Below are positions 51,842-62,055 of a DNA stretch of 64,000 nucleotides, in pieces. Made by a program: the position numbers and the translations under genes. Location of the stretch: the NCBI GenBank assembly GCA_963763245.1, contig CAVXNU010000011.1:157281-221280 (forward strand), given 5' to 3'. Within the stretch, counting starts at the first letter, position 1; every line of letters begins with the position of its first letter. The notes below the pieces were generated by a model. It was not told where the DNA came from and searched no databases. It worked only from the letters and a program-made list of their open reading frames with translations. The DNA is from an uncultured Bacillaceae bacterium (GTDB taxonomy: Bacteria; Pseudomonadota; Alphaproteobacteria; Rhodobacterales; Rhodobacteraceae).

Positions 51842-53692
51842 GTGACCCCCACGAACAGCGACCGGCTGAAGAAAGCGCTCCTGCTGATCGCGCTGGGAGG
51901 GCTTCTTTCCGGACTCGCCCTGCATTTCGCCGGCAGGGCCGACGCCGCGCGCATCGCCTGGAACGGCGGGGTGCTGCCGGTCCTCGCGGCCCTTCTGGTG
52001 GAGATCCTGCGCAGCCTGCGGCGCGGCGAAGTGGGGCTCGACATCGTCGCGGCGCTCTCCATGTCGGCGGCGCTCGCCTTCGGCGAGGCGCTGGCGGCCG
52101 CCGTCGTCGCGCTGATGTATTCCGGTGGCACCTTCCTCGAGAGCTTTGCCGAGGGGCGCGCGCGGCGCGAGATGCACGACCTCCTGTCGCGCGTACCGCG
52201 CACGGCGACACGGCACCGGAATGGCGGGCTCGAGGAGGTGCCGCTCGACGAGATCGCACCCGGCGACAGGCTGCTCATCCGACAGGGCGACGTCGTTCCC
52301 GTTGACGGCACCATCGCCTCGACGACCGCCTTTCTCGACACCTCGGCGCTGACCGGGGAATCCCTGCCGGTCCGGCTCGGCCAGGGCGACGACGCCATGA
52401 GCGGGTCGACCAATTCGGGCGAGGCCTTCGACCTCACGGCGACCCGGCTTGCGAAGGAAAGCACCTATGCGGGGATCGTCCGCCTCGTCGAGGAGGCGCA
52501 GCGGTCCAAGGCACCGATGTCGCGGCTGGCGGATCGCTGGTCGCTCGGCTTTCTCGCCGTCACCGTCGCGCTGGCCTCCGCCGCGTGGTGGGTCACGGGC
52601 GATCCCATCCGCGCCGTCGCCGTTCTCGTGGTGGCGACACCCTGTCCGCTGATCCTCGCCGTGCCGGTGGCGCTGGTCGCCGGCCTGTCGCGGGCCGCGC
52701 ATTTCGGCGTCCTGATCAAGGGAGCGAAGCCGCTCGAGACGATGGCGCGCATCCGCACGCTCATCCTCGACAAGACCGGCACCCTCACCGACGGCCGGCC
52801 CCGGATCGTCTCGATCGACAGCCCGGGCGGAATGGCCGAGGACGATCTCCTGCGGCTCGCGGCGGCGCTCGACCAGGCGTCGAAGCACCCCGTCGCCCAA
52901 GCCATCGTCGCGGCGGCGAAGGAGCGGGGCCTCGCCCTGCCGGTGCCCTTGGAAGTCGCGGAAGTCCCCGGCGAAGGCGTGGCCGGGCGCGTCGAGGGGC
53001 GCAGTGTCGCAATCGGCAGCAACGACTTCGTCGCTCGGAAGGTCGGGCGCACGGCAGGCGGCCATCCGGCGCGCGCGGCTGGCGCCCTCCTCGTCGCGGT
53101 GGCGGTCGATGGCCAGCTGGCGGGCCATCTCGTGATGGCCGACCCCTTGCGCGAGGGCGTGGCGGGGATGATCGCCGGCCTGCGCCGGGAAGGCATCGCG
53201 CGCGTTCTCCTCGCGACGGGCGACCGGGCCGAAGTGGCCGAGCGCGTGACCGAGGGGCTCGGCCTCGACGGGCTGCGCGCGGGGCTGACGCCCGACCAGA
53301 AGGTTCTCCTCGTGCTGAGCGAGAGAAAGAACGGCCCGGTCATGATGGTCGGCGACGGCGTCAACGATGCCCCGGCGCTTGCCGCGGCCGATGTGGGGGT
53401 GGCCATGGGCGCCCGCGGCGCGGCCGCCTCGGCCGAGGCGGCCGACGTCGTCCTGCTGGTCGACCGGATCGACCGGCTCGGTGCCGGCATCGAAGTCGCC
53501 CGGCGGTCGCGCCGCATCGCCGTCGAGAGCGTCGTTGCGGGGCTCGGGCTCTCGGTCCTCGGCATGGTGGCCGCCGCCTTCGGCTATCTCACCCCGGTGC
53601 AGGGTGCGCTGCTGCAGGAAGCGATCGACGTCGCCGTCATCCTGAACGCGCTGCGCGCGCTGCGGATCGTGCCACAAGGGCCAAGTTCTTGA
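51842..53692 (+). CDS. Heavy-metal P1B-type ATPase (P1B-5-like), no soluble metal-binding domain
   Basis: TGES, TPCP, DKTGTLT, HP, GDGVNDAP, QEAID. Confidence 0.9.
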   Translation: MTPTNSDRLKKALLLIALGGLLSGLALHFAGRADAARIAWNGGVLPVLAALLVEILRSLRRGEVGLDIVAALSMSAALAFGEALAAAVVALMYSGGTFLESFAEGRARREMHDLLSRVPRTATRHRNGGLEEVPLDEIAPGDRLLIRQGDVVPVDGTIASTTAFLDTSALTGESLPVRLGQGDDAMSGSTNSGEAFDLTATRLAKESTYAGIVRLVEEAQRSKAPMSRLADRWSLGFLAVTVALASAAWWVTGDPIRAVAVLVVATPCPLILAVPVALVAGLSRAAHFGVLIKGAKPLETMARIRTLILDKTGTLTDGRPRIVSIDSPGGMAEDDLLRLAAALDQASKHPVAQAIVAAAKERGLALPVPLEVAEVPGEGVAGRVEGRSVAIGSNDFVARKVGRTAGGHPARAAGALLVAVAVDGQLAGHLVMADPLREGVAGMIAGLRREGIARVLLATGDRAEVAERVTEGLGLDGLRAGLTPDQKVLLVLSERKNGPVMMVGDGVNDAPALAAADVGVAMGARGAAASAEAADVVLLVDRIDRLGAGIEVARRSRRIAVESVVAGLGLSVLGMVAAAFGYLTPVQGALLQEAIDVAVILNALRALRIVPQGPSS

Positions 53693-53865
53693 CCGTCGGC
53701 CGCCAGATAGGGCCGTGGAGGGATGCCAGATCCGCCTCGCGGCAGCCTCACAGCGGCCGGATCGCCAAAGGCGGCCAGATCCGGGCGCGCCCCTCAGGCC
53801 GCCAGCGCCCCGAATCGGCACGCCGAACGGGAAGAGGCGCGGCCGTCCGCAATCCCTGAGCGGCA

Positions 53866-53879
53866 TTGATCGGAGTCAT
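53866..53879. promoter_or_regulatory. FNR-like box upstream of the cytochrome c peroxidase
   Basis: TTGAT-CGGA-GTCAT vs consensus TTGAT-N4-ATCAA. Confidence 0.55.
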
Positions 53880-53936
53880 TGCGTCGGGTTGAGATCCCTG
53901 CAGTCTTCCCTCGCCCACCAACCAATGGAGTTTGTG

Positions 53937-54986
53937 ATGACGACCAACCCGCATCGGAGAACGGTCCTGTCGCTGGGGTCGGCCATCGCCGCCATGCTCG
54001 CCGCGGCCGCAGGTCACGCCGACGACGCAGCCCTGCGCGAGCAGGCGCTCGCGCTGATCCAGCCTCTCCCCGACGCGCCCGACCCGGCGCCCGCGCCGGC
54101 GCTCGTCGAGCTCGGCACCAAGCTCTTCTTCGACCCGCGGCTGTCGGAAGGCCACAACATCAGCTGCAACACCTGCCACAACCTCGGCACCGGCGGCGCC
54201 GACATCGCCTCCGTCTCGCTCGGGCACCGGTGGCAGAAGGGCGGGCGCAACTCGCCGACGGTGCTGAACGCGGTTCACAATACCGCGCAGTTCTGGGACG
54301 GGCGCGCGGCGGACCTCAAGGAGCAGGCTGGGGGGCCGATGGTGAACCCGGTCGAGATGGCCTCGAGCGAGAGCCACGTTCTCGAGATGCTGGCGGGCAT
54401 CCCCGGCTACCGCCCGCTCTTCGAGGCGGCCTTCCCCGCAGAGGCCGATCCGATCACCTTCGCCAATGCCGAGGCGGCGATCGCCGCCTTCGAGGCGACG
54501 CTCATCACCCCGAACGCGCCCTTCGACCGCTTCCTGCGCGGCGACGACGCGGCGCTCGATGACCGCGCGAAGGCCGGCCTGCAGCTCTTCCTCGACCAGG
54601 GCTGCGTCGCCTGCCACAACGGCGTAAACCTCGGCGGCAACGGCTACCAGCCTTTCGGCGTCGTCGAGAAGCCGGAATGGTCGGTCATGCCGCCCGACGA
54701 CAAGGGCCGGTTCGCGGTGACGCGGGCCGAGGAGGACGCTTACGTCTTCAAGGTGCCGTCGCTGCGCAACGTCGCGATCACGCTGCCCTACTTCCATTCG
54801 GGCTCGGTCTGGGACCTCGAGACGGCGGTCGAGATCATGGGGACGGCGCAGCTCGGCGCGGCGCTCGAGTCGGGCCAGGCGAAGGAGATCGTCGCCTTTC
54901 TCGAGAGCCTGACCGGCGACCAGCCGCAGGTCGTCTACCCGATCCTGCCGCCGAGCACGGCCGAGACGCCGCAGCCCCAGCCCTGA
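53937..54986 (+). CDS. Di-heme cytochrome c peroxidase
   Basis: LFFDPRLS, CNTCH, RNSPTVLN, QFWDGRA, CVACH, FKVPSLRN. Confidence 0.95.
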   Translation: MTTNPHRRTVLSLGSAIAAMLAAAAGHADDAALREQALALIQPLPDAPDPAPAPALVELGTKLFFDPRLSEGHNISCNTCHNLGTGGADIASVSLGHRWQKGGRNSPTVLNAVHNTAQFWDGRAADLKEQAGGPMVNPVEMASSESHVLEMLAGIPGYRPLFEAAFPAEADPITFANAEAAIAAFEATLITPNAPFDRFLRGDDAALDDRAKAGLQLFLDQGCVACHNGVNLGGNGYQPFGVVEKPEWSVMPPDDKGRFAVTRAEEDAYVFKVPSLRNVAITLPYFHSGSVWDLETAVEIMGTAQLGAALESGQAKEIVAFLESLTGDQPQVVYPILPPSTAETPQPQP

Positions 54987-55034
54987 CGAGCAGATGAAGG
55001 ACGCGCAGCCCGGATGTGATCGAGCGCGTCCGGA

Positions 55035-55048
55035 TTGACCGGAGTCAA
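55035..55048. promoter_or_regulatory. FNR-like palindrome
   Basis: TTGAC-CGGA-GTCAA, ~90 nt upstream of ATG 55141. Confidence 0.55.
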
Positions 55049-55140
55049 TGCCCGCCGGTCGCTCTTCCGCGACGGTCCGAATGAGTGACGCAAGGGGGGT
55101 GCCCTGCAGCGACAGAACCCAAGTGACGGAGGTCGGGACG

Positions 55141-55581
55141 ATGCGACAATTACTGATGGCGGCTCTGGCCACGGGCCTGCTGGTGGCGGGGCAGGCCGCC
55201 GCCCAGGACCAGACCCCTGACCGGACTACCCTTCAGAACCTCGACCTGGACCAGGACAGGGATCGCGACTTGGACAGGGACCGCGACATGGACCAGATGC
55301 GCGACCAGCTTCAGGTCCAAGAGCTGGAACACGATCTCCTGCATGAGCGAATTCAGCTGCTTGAGCGCCAATACCTGCTGCTGCGCGAACGATTTAATCT
55401 TCAGGAGCGCGAGCGCGACCGGGACCGCGCGCGCGAGCGGGACCGAGCCGCGACTGGCGCGGGCGGCGCTGGAGCCGGCGGTAGCGCCGGCGGGGGCGCA
55501 GGCTCGGATGACGGTGGCGCTGGTGGCGGTGGCGCTGGTGGCGGTGGCGCTGGTGGCGGTGGCGGTGGCGGTGGCGGCTGA
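55141..55581 (+). CDS. Secreted low-complexity protein (DR/ER repeats, coiled coil, poly-Gly tail)
   Basis: GGAGG RBS, signal peptide ending AAA-Q, GGCGCTGGTGGCGGT x3 at 55516-55560. Confidence 0.75.
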   Translation: MRQLLMAALATGLLVAGQAAAQDQTPDRTTLQNLDLDQDRDRDLDRDRDMDQMRDQLQVQELEHDLLHERIQLLERQYLLLRERFNLQERERDRDRARERDRAATGAGGAGAGGSAGGGAGSDDGGAGGGGAGGGGAGGGGGGGGG

Positions 55582-55824
55582 AATCGCGCGGCACGCCAAA
55601 AATCCCACCCTTGCAAGCTGCGCGCCATCCACCGGAATGATCAGCGGCGTGGTCGCCGCCGCGCCTTGTCGGAGCACCGAGACGAGCCGCGCGCGGCGGT
55701 GCAGATAGCGCCGACCGCCTGCCGCGCCAAGCGGCGCTCAGGGATCGGAAGCGATCGGAAAGAGCCGCTAGAGGCGCAAGACGTATGACGGCGAACCGCG
55801 CAAGCTCCGATGCCGCGCTCGGTG

Positions 55825-55980
55825 TGGCGACGATCGCGATCGAGAACGTCCGGTTGTTCGAGGAAGTGCAGGGGGCACCGCCGAATTGAGCGATGCGCTG
55901 CAGCAGCAGACGGCGACGGCGAATATACTGAGGCGATCGCCAGCGCGGCATTCGATCTCGACGCGGTGCTCTCGCTCGTC
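55825..55980 (+). pseudogene. Remnant of a GAF-repeat signalling protein
   Basis: IAIENVRLFEEVQ..ELSDALQQQTATANIL..FDLDAVL in shifting frames. Confidence 0.7.
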
Positions 55981-56407
55981 AAATCCGCTCTTGTCCGATG
56001 ACGGGCGTCGGCCGGCAATATCCATCTGCGCGCCGGCGGAGTGTTTCGTCCAGCATTGCAGGTTGGGTGGCCCACCGAGTTATATTATCGGCAGCTTGCG
56101 CTCGGACGCCCGGCCGGTCTTGGACACGACGGTGGAGGCCGGCAGGAGAATGTTGCCCGAGGCCGCCGTGAGCATCGCACCCCCCGAAGACGACATGGTG
56201 ATTGCTGCGGCCGTGGCCGAGACGGATCCCGAACGTGCGGCAGCCTGGCAAGCACGACGGAAGTCACCTTTTCCGGCGTCCCGTACGGCGGAAGGCTGGC
56301 TCCGACGAGGCGGGCGGCAGCGTCTCCCACCGGCGCGAGCCAGAGCGCCGAGGTCGCCAGGGCTGGGGCGATGGCGGCTCCGCACCAGCCCTGGGCGCCC
56401 CGAGTCC

Positions 56408-57220
56408 TCATCCGCAGGCGTCGATCGCACCGTCGGCGAGCTCGCGGTCGACCAGCGCCCGCAGCTTGGCCTCGCCGATCGCCCCGACCACCGCCGTGCG
56501 GCCGACGACCAGACCCGGCGTGCCGGGAAAGCCGAAGGTCGCGGCGAGCGCGCGGGCTTCGGCCAGCTCGCGGTCTACGTCCGCGCTCTGCATGTCGTCG
56601 AGCAGGCGGTCGGCTTCGATGCCGATCTCCTCCGCCAGGCTCGTCAGATACGCAGGGGTCGGCACGAAAGACGTGCGCATCAGCCGCCTGTGGAACGCCG
56701 CATACGCATCCTGTCGCCGCGCGGCCAGAGCTGCCCTGGCGGCGAGGTCCGAGGCTGGCCCGAAGACGGGCCATTCGTGCCAGGCGATGCGCACCTCGCC
56801 CGGCCGCTCCTCCTCCAGTGCCGCGAGGCGCTCCGACAGGACGCGGCAATAGGGACAGCGATAGTCCGAGAAATAGGCGATCGGAACCACGCCTGCCGCC
56901 GGCTCCGCCCCGAACAAGGCCAGGCAAAGCGCCCGCCCCTCCGGATCGGCCGCCGCGCCGTCGGTCGCATCCGACGCGCCGCCCAGGCCGGCCAGCGGAT
57001 CCGACGCGCCGGAGACATCTCCGCCGGCGATGCGTCGAAAGCCGGCGGGCCGCTCGAGATCCGCGAAGTCAAAGTCGCCGAGCAGCATGCGTTCGACCCA
57101 CGGCGCCGCGAGCCAGACCGCCAGCCCGCAGAGCGAAAGCACAGCGACCACCGCTAATCTGCGCCAGTTGCCGGCTTGCTCCCGTTCCGGCCGGTTCCAG
57201 CCCTTCTTCTCTGGCTCCAT
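56408..57220 (-). CDS. DsbA family thioredoxin-fold protein
   Basis: N-terminal TM segment, FSDYRCPYC, EWPVFG, GTPG. Confidence 0.85.
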   Translation of the reverse strand: MEPEKKGWNRPEREQAGNWRRLAVVAVLSLCGLAVWLAAPWVERMLLGDFDFADLERPAGFRRIAGGDVSGASDPLAGLGGASDATDGAAADPEGRALCLALFGAEPAAGVVPIAYFSDYRCPYCRVLSERLAALEEERPGEVRIAWHEWPVFGPASDLAARAALAARRQDAYAAFHRRLMRTSFVPTPAYLTSLAEEIGIEADRLLDDMQSADVDRELAEARALAATFGFPGTPGLVVGRTAVVGAIGEAKLRALVDRELADGAIDACG

Positions 57221-57719
57221 TGCGCCGACCCTCGGTATCGCCGCTGCCATCAGGCCCGAGCGGCGTGAAAAGGCAACCCCGGCTGGCATCCCGCAGCTCT
57301 GCGGAAGAGCCACGGCTTCTTTGGTCCCGGGAGAGGAACAGCGTTCTGGTAGCGCGAAATGAGCGCTCAGGCGCATACTGGGCGCTGCACAGCGAGTCTG
57401 CTATGGCCGAAGTGCCCTCAGAACCGCCTACGGGGCGGGCGATGCGCGACCCGAACCGGTCGTTTCACGCTGACTTTTTCGCTGGCACTCTCCCACCGGA
57501 GGGTTGAGCTGGAGCACCGTAGCAGCCGCATTTCGGCCCTGTGAGGTCGTCAGGCGTGCCGATGGCGCTGTCGAAACTGTGGCTCGGCATATGGCAATGG
57601 AATATGGGCTGGACGATGGGCGCCTGCTCCACACTCACAACGGGCGACCTGATCGCCGGGAGTTGGATAAGGATCGGCATATCAGCCATGAAAATGATGA
57701 ATCAGGCGATGAGGGCGGC

Positions 57720-58518
57720 ATGAGCGTGGCGACCGCGAAGCCCGAGGCAACCCGGCTGATCGAGCGCATTCCCTTCGAGACCGATGCCGGCGTTGCTGCG
57801 CGCGCGCGGCTCGGCCTCGTGGCGCTGGCGACCGATTACACGCTCGAGCACGAGTTTCGGACCGTGCTGGCGCATCTGCCGGGTGTCGCGCTCTACACGG
57901 CCCGACTCTGGAACGACACGACGATCAACTCGCAGACATTGGCCGCGATGGAGGGTCGCATCGCGCCGGCGGCCGAGCTGCTGTTGCCGGGCGACCGCTT
58001 CGACGTCGTCGCCTTCGGCTGTACCTCGGCGTCGATGATCCTCGGCGAAGAGCGGGTCTTCGAGCTGCTCGCCCAAGCAAAGCCCGAGGCCAGGGCGACG
58101 ACGCCGATCACGGCAGCGTTCGCGGCGTTTCGCGCCCTGCGCGCGCGGCGGATCGGCGTGCTGACCCCCTATGCCGCCGAGGTGAACGCCACCGTCCAGC
58201 GCTATATCGAGGGGGCCGGCTTCGAGATTCCGGTCTTCGGCTCGTTCAACGAGGGACACGACCCGACGGTCGCGGCGATCTCGCCAGCCTCGCTGCGCGG
58301 CGGCGGCGCGGAAGATCGCCGATGCAGCCGAGATCGATGCCCTGTTCGTCGCCTGCACCTCGCTGCGCCTGCTGGAGGCGGCGAAGTCGATCGAGGGCGA
58401 ACTCGGCGTCCCCGTCACCTCGTCGAACCATGCGATGATCTGGCACTGCCTGCGGCTGGCAGGCGTCGACGACGCGGTCCCCGGGCTCGGGAGGCTCTAC
58501 GAGCTGCCGCTGCTCTGA
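57720..58518 (+). CDS. eutA: Asp/Glu racemase / maleate isomerase family, ectoine utilization EutA-like; frameshift ~58300
   Basis: GLVALATD, FGCTSAS, LTPY, ACTSLR, TSSNHA; eut context. Confidence 0.72.
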
Positions 58519-58771
58519 CGGGGTCCTCGGCAGTCTGCCCACGCGACTGGGGCAAGGCACCAGTCATAATCATATGGACTCCGGATGGGTTTGCTGTGCC
58601 GAGCCGATTTCGACGGCCCGTCCACGCCCCAACAAAACGGTTGGCCGCTGATCGCTCGGGTGCCAGGCTCCGAAGGATAGCCGCCGCGCGGCCAGGCAGG
58701 GGGCCAGCGGCGAACCTTCGAGGAGCACCGCGAGCGGAAGTCTTTGTGACCAGCGCCGGCCCGCGAAGGGC

Positions 58772-59764
58772 CTATGCCGTGAACGTTTGGCCCAGACCTG
58801 CACGACGGGGCAGTGCAACGGCATGGCTGGCGATCGCCGTGTCTTGCGCGCCCGTGCCCGTCAGGTCGCAGAGGGTGATCTGGTCGTCCGACGTCCGGCC
58901 CGCGACACGACCGGCGACGATGGAGCCGAGTTCCGGCACCTTGTCCGACGACAACAGCCCCGCCTCGACAGCGCTACGGAGCTCGCCGAGCGACGCGCAC
59001 TGGCTGACACGGTCGGCAACGTAGAGGTCGGCGCGGGCGAGCGCGGCGGGCTCGACCTCGTTCTTGCCGGCCTGATCCGAGCCCATCGCGGTCACGTGCA
59101 GACCGGGATGCAGCCAGTCGGCGCGCAGCACCGGCGTGCGGGCGGGCGTGGTGGTGACGACGAGCTGGCTTTCGGCGACGAGCCGCGCCGGGTCGGGCTC
59201 GGCGCGGGCCTCGACCCCGAGACGGGCCGCGAGGTCGTCGGCGCAGGCGGCAGCCTTGTCAGCGTCGCGGCCCCAGACGAGGACGCGGCTGAAGGGCCGG
59301 ACCAGCCGGGCGGCCTCGATCTGCAGGCGTGCCTGCACGCCCGTGCCCATCACGCCGGCCGTCTCGACGCGCTCGGGGGCGAGATGCCGGGCGGCCACGG
59401 CGCCGGCGGCCGCCGTCCGGATGTCGGTCAGATAGCCGTTGTCGAGCAGCAGCGCCTCGACCAGCCCGGTGCGCGCCGAGAAGAGGATCATCAGCCCGTT
59501 CAGGCTGGGCAGTCCCAGCTTGGGATTGTCGAAGAAGCCCGGCGAGACCTTCACGGCGAAGCCGTCGAAGCCCGGGATGTAGGCGGTCTTGACGTCGACC
59601 TCGCCATGCGCGTCCGGGATCTCCATCGACAGGATCGGCGGCATCACGACGTCTCCGCTGGCGAGCGCCGCGAAGGCGCGCTCGACGACATCGACCGCCG
59701 CCAGGTCGAGGCGGACCAGCTCGCGCAGATCGGCCTCGGTCAGGATCGCGATGTCACGCGGCAT
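58772..59764 (-). CDS. eutC: Ectoine utilization cyclodeaminase-family protein
   Basis: EVDVKTAY, KVSPGFFDNP, LTDIRTAAAG, DLTGTGAQD. Confidence 0.9.
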   Translation of the reverse strand: MPRDIAILTEADLRELVRLDLAAVDVVERAFAALASGDVVMPPILSMEIPDAHGEVDVKTAYIPGFDGFAVKVSPGFFDNPKLGLPSLNGLMILFSARTGLVEALLLDNGYLTDIRTAAAGAVAARHLAPERVETAGVMGTGVQARLQIEAARLVRPFSRVLVWGRDADKAAACADDLAARLGVEARAEPDPARLVAESQLVVTTTPARTPVLRADWLHPGLHVTAMGSDQAGKNEVEPAALARADLYVADRVSQCASLGELRSAVEAGLLSSDKVPELGSIVAGRVAGRTSDDQITLCDLTGTGAQDTAIASHAVALPRRAGLGQTFTA

Positions 59765-60767
59765 AGGGCTGCCCCCTCACGGTCAGGTCGCCGAGCCGGA
59801 CGTCGCGACCCTGCATGATGTCGGCATGGAGCTTCATGTCGAGATTGCGCCCGGTTATGATCGTCGCGACCGGTCCGCCGAGTGGCGGCAGCCGGCCGGC
59901 CTGCAGGGCGGCGATGCCGACGACGCAGGCGCCTTCGCAGACGATGCGGTCCTCGTAGTAGACCGTCTGCAGCGCGCGATAGATCTCGTCCTCGCTGACC
60001 AGCACGACATCGTCGAGCAAATCGCGGCAGAGCGGGAAGGACAGGCGGTTGGCGAGCCCGACGCCGCCGCCGAGGCTGTCGGCGAGGCTCGGCCGCTCCT
60101 CGACCTCGACCGGATGCCCGGCCTGCAGCGAGGCGTGCATCGCCGCGCCCCGGTCCATGCTGACCCCGATCACGCGGATGCCAGGCTTGATCGCCTTCGC
60201 CGCCAGCGCGATGCCGCCGGCCAGCCCGCCGCCCGACAGCGGCACGAGGATCGTCTCGAGGTCGGGCCGCGCCTCGAGCAGTTCGAGCCCGATCGTCGCC
60301 TGGCCGGCGATCACCAGCGGGTCGTCGAAGGGCGAGATGTCGGTCAGCCCCTCCTCGGCCACCAGACGGTCGGCCTCGGCCTGCGCGTCGTCCTGGCTGC
60401 GCCCGACGATGCGCGCCTCGGCACCGAGGGCGCGGATGCCCCGGACCTTGGCCTCGGGCACGAGCGACGACATGCAGATGACGGCGCGCATGCCCCGCGC
60501 GCGGGCCGCCCAGGCGACGCCACGGCCGTGGTTGCCCGTCGAGCAGCAGGTGACGCCAGCGACGTCCTCCGGCAGCGAGAGGACGGCGTTCGCCGCCCCG
60601 CGCAGCTTGAACGCGCCGATCGGCTGGCAGATCTCGAGCTTCAGCAGGAACTCGTGTCCGGCCGCCGCCGAGAGAAAGGGCGAGGGCACCAGGGGGGTCT
60701 CGAGCGCCGTCCCGGCGATGCGGCGCCTGGCGGCGAAGACATCGGCGAGCGTGAGGCCGTGTGGCAT
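59754..60767 (-). CDS. eutB: Hydroxyectoine utilization dehydratase (threonine dehydratase family)
   Basis: AFKLRGA, STGNHG, PLSGGGL, LADSLGGG, TGRN. Confidence 0.9.
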   Translation of the reverse strand: MPHGLTLADVFAARRRIAGTALETPLVPSPFLSAAAGHEFLLKLEICQPIGAFKLRGAANAVLSLPEDVAGVTCCSTGNHGRGVAWAARARGMRAVICMSSLVPEAKVRGIRALGAEARIVGRSQDDAQAEADRLVAEEGLTDISPFDDPLVIAGQATIGLELLEARPDLETILVPLSGGGLAGGIALAAKAIKPGIRVIGVSMDRGAAMHASLQAGHPVEVEERPSLADSLGGGVGLANRLSFPLCRDLLDDVVLVSEDEIYRALQTVYYEDRIVCEGACVVGIAALQAGRLPPLGGPVATIITGRNLDMKLHADIMQGRDVRLGDLTVRGQPYAA

Positions 60768-60873
60768 CAGATAGACCGGAGCCTTGCAGGGATGCGTGCG
60801 CCCGCCGCGCAGGCGAGCCGCCGCACGCGCGGGCGCTGAACGCGCAGCATCGCGGCGAGGCCGACCGGGGGCG

Positions 60874-62055
60874 TCACGCGCCCAGCCGGGGCAGCAGCCG
60901 CTCGATCATGCCGAGGCACTGCGAGAGCTGGTCGAGCGAGACGAACTCGTCGGGCTTGTGGGCCTGGGCGATCGAGCCGGGGCCGCAGACGACGGCCGGG
61001 ATGCCGGCGCGCTGGAAGAGCCCGGCCTCGGTGCCGAAGGCGACGAGCCCCGTCTCGTTGCCGCCGGTCAGCTCGGTGACGACGCGCACCGCCTCGGAGT
61101 CGGGCATGGGCTCGAGGCCGCCGACCTCGCCGACCGTCTCGGTCTCGATCGTGGCCTCGGGGTGGACGGCGCGCATGCGCGGCAGCAGCTCCTCGTCGGC
61201 GAAGCGCCAGACGCGGTCCTTGACGAAGGCGGCGTCGTCGCGGCTCACGGGCCGGAACTCCCAGTCGACCTCGCAGCGGTTCGGGATGACGTTGTGCGCG
61301 ATGCCGCCGCGGATGGCGCCGACCGAGACGGTCGTCCAGGGCGGCTCGAAGCGGCTGCCGGCGGGTGCCCGGCCGCGCAGCGCCTCGCCGGTCGCCAAGA
61401 GCTCGCCGACATAGCGCGCGGCGTATTCGCAGGCGTTGACGCCCGCCTCCGGGCGCGAGCCGTGGCCTTCGAGCCCGGTGAAGCGGGTGGTGTATTCGTG
61501 ACAGCCCTTGTGGCCCTCGATGATGCGCATCTCGGTCGGCTCGCCGACGATGCACAGGCCCGGCAGCCGCCCCTGGTCGAGCAGCGCCGCCAGCAGCAGG
61601 GGGGCGCCGAGGCAGCCGGTCTCCTCGTCGAAGGTCAGCGCCAGGTGCAGCGGGCGCGCGAGCCCGGCCTCGGCGAAGCGCGGCGCCATGGCCAGTGCGC
61701 AGGCGATGAAGCCCTTCATGTCGCAGGCGCCGCGGCCATAGACCAGCCCGTCCGCCTCGTGCGCCGTGAAAGGGTCGGTCGACCATTCCTGCCCGGCCAC
61801 CGGCACGACGTCGGTGTGCCCGGAGAGCACGACGCCGCCGTCCACGTCAGGCCCGATGGTGGCGAAGAGGTTCGCCTTGTCGCCGGCCGGGCTGAGCGTC
61901 AGGTGCGTCTTGGCGCCGAGCGCATCGAGCCGCGCATTGGCATAGGCGATCAGCTCGAGATTGCTGTCGACCGAGATCGTCGGGAAGCCGATCAGGTCAC
62001 GCAGGATCGACCTCGTCTCGGCCAGCGCCCCCGTCATGTCCGGCGCGCTGGTCAT
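60874..62055 (-). CDS. M20 acetylornithine deacetylase-like amidohydrolase (ArgE family)
   Basis: LSGHTDVVP, GRGACDMKG, DEE, GEPT, GTEAG, AHKPDE. Confidence 0.9.
   Translation of the reverse strand: MTSAPDMTGALAETRSILRDLIGFPTISVDSNLELIAYANARLDALGAKTHLTLSPAGDKANLFATIGPDVDGGVVLSGHTDVVPVAGQEWSTDPFTAHEADGLVYGRGACDMKGFIACALAMAPRFAEAGLARPLHLALTFDEETGCLGAPLLLAALLDQGRLPGLCIVGEPTEMRIIEGHKGCHEYTTRFTGLEGHGSRPEAGVNACEYAARYVGELLATGEALRGRAPAGSRFEPPWTTVSVGAIRGGIAHNVIPNRCEVDWEFRPVSRDDAAFVKDRVWRFADEELLPRMRAVHPEATIETETVGEVGGLEPMPDSEAVRVVTELTGGNETGLVAFGTEAGLFQRAGIPAVVCGPGSIAQAHKPDEFVSLDQLSQCLGMIERLLPRLGA

Noticed and set aside
55501-55578. GGT/GGC tandem repeats as a CRISPR array or non-coding VNTR
   Set aside because: In-frame Gly/Ala codons of the 55141 ORF; no spacers and no cas genes.
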